Positions 56,092 to 64,000 of a stretch of DNA of 64,000 bases are shown here, piece after piece. Under the pieces are notes generated by a model. The model was not told the DNA's origin. It did no database searches and saw nothing but the letters and a program-made list of their open reading frames with translations. The DNA comes from Ylistrum balloti (taxonomy: Eukaryota). Where the stretch lies: contig NW_026783008.1 in assembly GCF_031769215.1 (NCBI RefSeq), positions 62,001 to 126,000 of the forward strand, in the 5' to 3' direction. The stretch's first letter is position 1, and every line of letters starts with the position of its first letter. Both the position numbers and the translations under genes were made by a program.

Positions 56092-59000
56092 AACATGCTC
56101 GAGATCTGATAAAATATATGACAGTTGGTCCTCTTCAATGACACGGTTTTAGAAAACGAGAACCAAAAAACGACACGGAAAAATTGATCGATCAAATAAA
56201 TTGAGGTCATTTGATCATGACGTCTTTATTAAATATAACACTGAATAGAATACTTAGCGTATCAATAGATTTCAAAAAATGAAAACGGATGAAGAACATT
56301 TCTGAATGAAATTATCGTCTTCTCTTATTACATAAGACATGAGATTTATTAGATAGGACAAGTACACATCGGTTTCCGTACCTAAAAATTAATTGAGATT
56401 TGAAAAATTTTAACTAAATATACATTAACACGTTACATTAGATAGCCATTTAGTTGTTTTTGTCTTTAAATTAGGAGCTTACTTTTGACACTATCCAAGG
56501 ATATGAATGAAGGACACTATGATGTTGCTAAAAATAATTACCTATGAACCCTGTTGATGTCAATAATCTCTAATTGTTTTCGTATTTCACAAATTAATGA
56601 TGTTGTTATGTCATTACATGTTCCACAATTTCTTTTTGTGTTAAGTTATAAAATGAACCCGCGTATAAAACTGAAGCTTTAGAGAGAAAAAATCTGTTTC
56701 AGTAGTTTTAAATTAAAGTTTAATATTTCATAACCAGTTAATTATATCTGGCCTTAATTTTTCAAAATCTTGATTCATTGTACGCTGAGGAAACCGATGT
56801 GTACTTATCCTACCTAATAAATGTTATGTCGCATGTAACAGGAAAGACGATAATTTCATTCAGAAATCTTCTTCATTTCATTTTTCATTTTTAAAATCTA
56901 TTGACACGCTAAATATCTTATTTTGTGTTATATTAATAGACATGTTATGACCAAATAACCTCCAATTTATTTGATTTATTTTTTCAGTTTTATTATGTTT
57001 GTTCGCGTTCTATAAAACCGTGCCATTGAAGGGGAACAACTCTCATATATTTTATCTAATCTCGAGCAAGTTTTGTTTTCTTTTTGTTTTGGTTAGACCT
57101 AGAGTACACTTCTTGGATTCTTCAATTGATATCAATAGCCAAATAGCTTTGGGGTTATGATAATGCATTAAAACAATGATTGACATATCAAAGGAAAAAT
57201 GATTTAATACAAGAGAAAAGTATATCACATGTGCCAATGAAATTAGGTTCATAGGTAATTATTTTTAGCAACATCATAGTGTCCTTCATTCATATCCTTG
57301 GATAGTGTCAAATGTAAGCTCCTACTTTAAGGACAAAAACAACTAAATGACTATCTAATTTTGCTTGAAATGTTCTTATAGTATATTTCTAAACATTTTT
57401 ACCAAATTTCATATGGATTGGCGATTAAAAGTATACAGGAACTGTTTTCTCACCAATTAGATAGTGCATTTACTGGCGACAAGTAAACTTGAAATATTTG
57501 GGGAGGAGGTATCCTTGCTACAAATAAATACCTATGAACCTTGTTGATGTCAGTGATCTCTAATTGTTTTCGTATTTCACAAATTAATGATGTTGTTATG
57601 TCATTACATGTTCCACAATTTCTTTTTGTGTTTAGTTATAAAATGAGCCCGCGTATAAAACTGAAGCTTTTGAGAGAAAAAATCTATTTCAGTAGTTTTA
57701 AATTAAAGTTAAATATTTCATAACGAGTTAATTATATCTGGCCTTAATTTTTCAAAATCGTGTTTCATTGTACGCTGAGGAAACCGATGTGTACTTGTGC
57801 AAGAAAAATTGGTCCTACGTCGCAAGATGTAATACAAGACGATATTTCATTCAGAAATCTTCTTCATTTCATTTTTCATTTTTCAAATCTATTGATACGC
57901 TAAATATCCTATTCAGTGTTATATTAATAGACACGTTATGACCAAATAACCCCAATTTATTTGATCAATTTTTCCATGTTTTTTGGTTCGCGTTTTCTAA
58001 AACCGTGTCATTGAAGAGGACCAACTCTCATATATTTTATCTAATCTCGAGCTTGTTTTTGTTTTTGTTCACCAAGAGAAAATCCTCTCTTTATTTATGT
58101 ATACGTTTTAAGATAATTACATCTCCAATAATATACCATATTTCAATGCCTAAAGGTTTTGATTTTCAGGATTCTCATTTCATTTCCAATTAATGATTGA
58201 AGACTTCCTAAACCTTAGAAGATCTCGTTTAAACCGTAATTACATAATAACTTTACAATAAAAATAAAAAACAATGTCTCCCATACATGACAATTAACAT
58301 TCGCTTTTATGTGTGTGATTTTTAATAGGCGTTTGATCGAACAATGTTTTCATTTTTCATTTGTTGTTTTGTTTTTGAGAGAAAGGTTTTAAAAGATAAA
58401 ATTGAAAAGTCTATAAAAATCCTGATAATTGTGTATTTATATATAGACCACTTGGAAGTTCATTAATAACACTTCATACCAGACTTCAAAACAAAAGTAG
58501 TTTCGGAAAACTGATTATTATTGATGTTAAAATCAAACGGCAGCTTCTTTTTGGAATGATATAAATATGTCTAAGATAATGATGAAAATAGGGTAGACCT
58601 GGAGTACACTTCTTGGATTCTTCGACAGTGCACTTATATCAATAGCCAAACAGCTTCAGGGTTATCATAATGCATTAATACAATGAGTGAAATATCACGG
58701 GGAAAATGATTTAATACAAGAGATAAGTATATCACATGTGCCAATGAAATAATATTCAAATTTGTCCAAATTTATTGACACGATCAAGTTTTAATCTTCA
58801 TCAAGATTCGTGAAATAGCTAGGTCACGTCAATACGAGTGGGAGAGGCGGATCGTACACTTACTAAATTAACGAAAACATGTTCTTATGGCATCGCTATT
58901 GCAGTTGAAAAGATACCTAAACTAGTATTCTAAATGTTTCCAGTGTATATTTTAATAAAATTTTCATCAAATGTATGATTTAAGTAAAATACATGTATCG

Positions 59001-59393
59001 TTATTATAGCGTCATCGTAGGTAACAATATGGCGCCTGTTCGATGTTTGTGCTTTTGTCCGCCGAGTGAATTCTTTTTTTACCAGAAATGTAGTATATAT
59101 CTGTACATGTGTGGCATATCATACTAAAGGGAAATATTCATAGTTTATTTGTTGGTAACAATAAAAGCATTGGAACAACAATTGATACGATAAATTTACA
59201 TTTAAAGTGGAAATTTACTGGTGTCAAATCATAATATCGACAGAAATGCTTTAAAAACAGGAATTATTCTTATATATAGACATTCATACAAGAAATAAAT
59301 GAAATTTACTAACAAAATTCTTGCGAACAGCATCGAAACTAAAAGTATTTCATGTGAAATCAAGGAACTATAGCAGGTTAAAGTTAGGTCAGA

Positions 59394-59513
59394 AAACACA
59401 CAATTCGTATATCGATAAATATAGTCAGCAGAAAGCGAGCGCTCGAGGTGGTGTCTTCGGCGACGTCCGAGCAAAATGTGTAAATAGGCGGTTTCGAGAA
59501 AAATTTGTCATTC
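59394..59513 (+). promoter_or_regulatory. H1 promoter, copy 2
   Basis: AAACACA 59394-59400 and TAAATA 59481-59486; same layout as copy 1. Confidence 0.7.
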
Positions 59514-59553
59514 TCGCTATTCTGTGTACAGGAAGCATACCCCACTCGTCAAC

Positions 59554-60120
59554 ATGAGCGCCGCACCAGCATCTCCAGCAAAGAAAGTCAAGAAGGCAAG
59601 CAAGCCTAAGGTTCCCGCTGCCCACCCTCCATATGCCAATATGGTAGCTGCAGCTATCGGAGCCCTGAAGGAGAGGAAAGGCTCGTCAAAAGTCGCCATC
59701 GTCAAATATATTATGGCCAACTACAAAGTTGGTGATGACTCGAGCAAGGTTAGTTCCCGAGTGAAAGTTGCTCTGAAAAGCAGCGTTTCGAAGGGTTCTG
59801 TGAAGCAAGTGAAAGGCGTTGGAGCCTCCGGCTCATTCCGACTTGGAGAGAAACCAAAGGCCGAAAAGAAACCAAAAGCTAAGAAAGTGAAGAAGCCAAA
59901 GAAGGCCACAGCTACTAAACCAAAGAAGGCATCAGGCGAGAAGAAAGCAAAAAGCCCAAAGAAAGCCGCTAAGAAGCCAGCAGCTAAGAAACCTGCCTCC
60001 AAGCCGAAGAAGGCCAAGTCTCCAAAGAAGCCTGCAGCCAAGAAGCCTGCAGCCAAGAAACCAGCAGCAAAGAAGCCCGCAGCTAAGAAACCAGCAGCAA
60101 AGAAATCCGCCAAAAAGTAA
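59554..60120 (+). CDS. H1: Linker histone H1, copy 2 (188 aa)
   Basis: Same as copy 1 except V7S, A12V and T-to-S in KAKSPKK. Confidence 0.97.
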   Translation: MSAAPASPAKKVKKASKPKVPAAHPPYANMVAAAIGALKERKGSSKVAIVKYIMANYKVGDDSSKVSSRVKVALKSSVSKGSVKQVKGVGASGSFRLGEKPKAEKKPKAKKVKKPKKATATKPKKASGEKKAKSPKKAAKKPAAKKPASKPKKAKSPKKPAAKKPAAKKPAAKKPAAKKPAAKKSAKK

Positions 60121-60168
60121 ACACTTCACAGCTGATGGTTGGTCCTGACCGACCCCCTCATCTTAAAA

Positions 60169-60260
60169 AGTCCTTATCAGGGCTACCCAAAATCCTCGAA
60201 AAGTGTCGATGACACCTCGAATATACGCATTTTATTTCAGACAAGGCCGATGCAAATAAA
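60169..60260 (+). terminator. Degenerate histone stem-loop plus poly(A) signal, copy 2
   Basis: AGTCCT-TATC-AGGGCT 60169-60184; AATAAA 60255-60260. Confidence 0.8.
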
Positions 60261-63200
60261 AACATGCGCGAGATCAGATAAAATATATGACAGTTGGTCC
60301 TCTTCAATGACACGGTTTTAGAAAACGAGAACCGAAAAACGACACGGAAAAATTGATCAAATAAATTTGAGGTCATTTGATCATAACGTCTTTATTAAAT
60401 ATAACACTGAATAGGATACTTAGCGTATCAATAGATTTCAAAAAATGAAAACGGATGAAGAACATTTCTGAATGAAATTATCGTCTTGTCTTATTACATG
60501 CGACATCAAATTTATAAGATAGGACAAGTACACATCGGTTTCCGTACCGTACAATGAATTGAGATTTGAAAAAATTAAACTAAATATACATTAACACGTT
60601 ACATTAGATAGCCATTTAGTTGTTTTTGTCTTTAAATTAGGAGCTTACTTTTGACACTATCCAAGGATATGAATGAAGGACACTATGATGTTGCTAAAAA
60701 TAATTACCTATGAACCCTGTTGATGTCAATAATCTCTAATTGTTTTCGTATTTCACAAATTAATGATGTTGTTATGTCATTACATGTTCCACAATTTCTT
60801 TTTGTGTTTAGTTATAAAATGAGCCCGCGTATAAAACTGAAGCTTTTGAGAAAAAATCTATTTCAGTAGTTTTAAATTAAAGTTTAATATTTCATAACCA
60901 GTTAATTATATCTGGCCTTAATTTTTCAAAATCGTGTTTCATTGTACGCTGAGGAAACCGATGTGTACTTATCCTACCTAATAAATGTTATGTCGCATGT
61001 AACAGGACAAGACGATAATTTCATTCAGAAATCTTCTTCATTTCATTTTTCATTTTTCAAATCTATTGACACGCTAAATATCTTATTTTGTGTTATATTA
61101 ATAGACATGTTATGACCAAATAACCTCCAGTTGATTTGATTTATTTTTCTTGCTCGCGTTCTATAAAACCGTGCCATTGAAGGGGAACAACTCTCATATA
61201 TTTTATCGAATCTCGAGCAGGTTTTGTTTTCTTTTTGTTTTGGTTAGACCTAGAGTACACTACTTGGATTCTTCAATTGATATCAATAGCCAAACAGCTT
61301 TGGGGTTATGATAATGCATTAAAACAATGAGTGACATATCAAAGGAAAAATGATTTAATACAAGAGAAAAGTATATCACATGTGCCAATGAAATAAGGTT
61401 CATAGGTAATTATTTTTAGCAACATCATAGTGTCCTTCATTCATATCCTTGGATAGTGTCAAATGTAAGCTCCTACTTTAAAGACAAAAACAACTAAATG
61501 GCTATCTTAATTTTGCTTGAAATATTCTTATAGTATATTTCTAAACATTTTTACCAAATTTCATATGGATTGGCGATTAAAAGTATACAAGAACTGTTTT
61601 CTCACCAATTAGATTGTGCATTTACTGGCGACAAGTAAACTTGAAATATTTGGGGAGGAGGTATCCTAGCTACAAATAAATACCTATGAACCTTGTTGAT
61701 GTCAGTGATCTCTAATTGTTTTCGTATTTCACAAATTAATGATGTTGTTATGTCATTACATGTTCCACAATTTCTTTTTGTGTTTAGTTATAAAATGAGC
61801 CCGCGTATAAAATTGAAGCTTTTGAGAGAAAAAATCTATTTCAGTAGTTTTAAATTAAAGTTAAATATTTCATAACGAGTTAATCATATCTGGCCTTAAT
61901 TTTTCAAAATCGTGTTTCATTGTACGCTGAGGAAACCGATGTGTACTTGTGCAAGAAAAATTGGTCCTACGTCGCAAGATGTAATACAAGACGATATTTC
62001 ATTCAGAAATCTTCTTCATTTCATTTTTCATATTTCAAATCTATTGATATGCTAAATATCCTATTCAGTGTTATATTAATAGACACGTTATGACCAAATA
62101 ACCACAATTTAATTGATCAATTCTTCCATGTCGTTTTTTGGTTCGCGTTTTCTAAAACCGTGTCATTGAAGGGGACCAACTCTCATATATTTTATCTAAT
62201 CTCGAGCTTGTTTTTGTTTTTGTTCACCAAGAGAAAATCGTCTCTTTATTTATGTATACGTTTTAAGATAATTACATCTCCAATAATATACCATATTTCA
62301 ATGCCTAAAGGTTTTGATTTTCAGGATTCTCATTTCATTTCCAATTAATGATTGAAGACTTCCTAAACCTTAGAAGATCTCGTTTAAACCGTAATTACAT
62401 AATAACTTTACAATAAAAATAAAAAACAATGTCTCACATACATGACAATTAACATTCGCTTTTATGTGTGTGATTTTTAATAGGCGTTTGATCGAACAAT
62501 GTTTTTTTCGTCTTCATTTTTCATTTGTTGTTTTGTTTTTGAGAGAAAAGTTTTAAAAGATAAAATTGAAAAGTCTATAAAAATCCTGATAATTGTTTAT
62601 TTATATATAGACCACTTGGAAGTTCATTAATAACACTTCATACCAGACTTCAAAACAAAAGTAGTTTCGGAAAACTGATTATTATTGATGTTAAAATCAA
62701 ACGGCAGCTTCTTTTTGGAATGATATAAATATGTCTAAGATAATGATGAAAATAGGGTAGACCTGGAGTACACTTCTTGGATTCTTCGACAGTGCACTTA
62801 TATCAATAGCCAAACAGCTTCAGGGTTATCATAATGCATTAATACAATGAGTGAAATATCACGGGGAAAAATGATTTAATACAAGAGATAAGTATATCAC
62901 ATGTACCAATGAAATAATATTCAAATTTGTCCAAATTTATTGACACGATCAAGTTTTAATCTTCATCAAGATTCGTGAAATAGCTAGGTCACGTCAATAC
63001 GAGTGGGAGAGGCGGATCGTACACTTACTAAATTAACGAAAACATGTTCTTATGGCATCGCTATTGCAGTTGAAAAGATACCTAAACTAGTATTCTAAAT
63101 GTTTCCAGTGTATATTTTAATAAAATTTTCATCAAATGTATGATTTAAGTAAAATACATGTATCGTTATTATAGCGTCATCGTAGGTAACAATATGGCGC

Positions 63201-63558
63201 CTGTTCGATGTTTGTGCTTTTGTCCGCCGAGTGAATTCTTTTTTTACCAGAAATGTAGTATATATCTGTACATGTGTGGCATATCATACTAAAGGGAAAT
63301 ATTCATAGTTTATTTGTTGGTAACAATAAAAGCATTGGAACAACAATTGATACGATAAATTTACATTTAAAGTGGAAATTTACTGGTGTCAAATCATAAT
63401 ATCGACAGAAATGCTTTAAAAACAGGAATTATTCTTATATATAGACATTCATACAAGAAATAAATGAAATTTACTAACAAAATTCTTGCGAACAGCATCG
63501 AAACTAAAAGTATTTCATGTGAAATCAAGGAACTATAGCAGGTTAAAGTTAGGTCAGA

Positions 63559-63678
63559 AAACACACAATTCGTATATCGATAAATATAGTCAGCAGAAAG
63601 CGAGCGCTCGAGGTGGTGTCTTCGGCGACGTCCGAGCAAAATGTGTAAATAGGCGGTTTCGAGAAAAATTTGTCATTC
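63559..63678 (+). promoter_or_regulatory. H1 promoter, copy 3
   Basis: AAACACA 63559-63565 and TAAATA 63646-63651. Confidence 0.7.
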
Positions 63679-63718
63679 TCGCTATTCTGTGTACAGGAAG
63701 CATACCCCACTCGTCAAC

Positions 63719-64000
63719 ATGAGCGCCGCACCAGCATCTCCAGCAAAGAAAGTCAAGAAGGCAAGCAAGCCTAAGGTTCCCGCTGCCCACCCTCCATATG
63801 CCAATATGGTAGCTGCAGCTATCGGAGCCCTGAAGGAGAGGAAAGGCTCGTCAAAAGTCGCCATCGTCAAATATATTATGGCCAACTACAAAGTTGGTGA
63901 TGACTCGAGCAAGGTTAGTTCCCGAGTGAAAGTTGCTCTGAAAAGCAGCGTTTCGAAGGGTTCTGTGAAGCAAGTGAAAGGCGTTGGAGCCTCCGGCTCA
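63719..64000 (+). CDS. H1: Linker histone H1, copy 3 (truncated by window end)
   Basis: Matches copy 2 over the visible N-terminal half. Confidence 0.95.
   Translation, partial: MSAAPASPAKKVKKASKPKVPAAHPPYANMVAAAIGALKERKGSSKVAIVKYIMANYKVGDDSSKVSSRVKVALKSSVSKGSVKQVKGVGASGS

Larger units (their letters stand above)
54165..64000. repeat. Tandem array of H1-only units, period ~4165-4168 bp, continuing past the window end
   Basis: H1 ATGs at 55386, 59554 and 63719; spacers align; similarity to the internal units begins near 54165. Confidence 0.96.

Noticed and set aside
55553-60129. Minus-strand Ala/Gly/Phe-rich ORFs over the H1 genes
   Set aside because: Antisense shadows of Lys/Ala/Pro codons.
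54165-64000. 5S rRNA, snRNA or core histone genes in the H1 spacers
   Set aside because: No recognisable sequence by eye; a cmscan/tBLASTn would be needed to exclude very divergent copies.

Overview
AT-rich metazoan genomic DNA, probably a bivalve mollusc (inference from repeat types and H1 organisation). Bases ~6.1-41 kb on the + strand hold a multi-exon DYRK1A/minibrain-type kinase gene. Eight coding exons splice in frame through GT-AG junctions (6147-6364, 19244-19444, 24930-25077, 25482-25768, 35275-35421, 36350-36490, 36912-37194, 38202/38205-38938); the true first exon was not identified. Its introns are CpG-poor, hold about a dozen unrelated minisatellites, and contain small CpG-retaining islands that look regulatory or like hidden exons. 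Downstream of ~43 kb the DNA becomes CpG-rich. It contains a near-intact minimal hammerhead ribozyme plus a decayed second copy bracketing a minisatellite of half-hammerheads, a decayed Penelope-like retroelement, and a 4.6-kb 38-bp satellite. From ~54.2 kb to the window end runs a tandem array (period ~4.17 kb) of linker histone H1 genes with no core histone genes. The most interesting items are the ribozyme/retrozyme-like module, the H1-only array whose copies differ in their 3' stem-loop, a candidate poison exon and a candidate alternative first exon in DYRK1A, and a triple palindromic SMAD-site cluster. All analysis was by eye; no searches were run.
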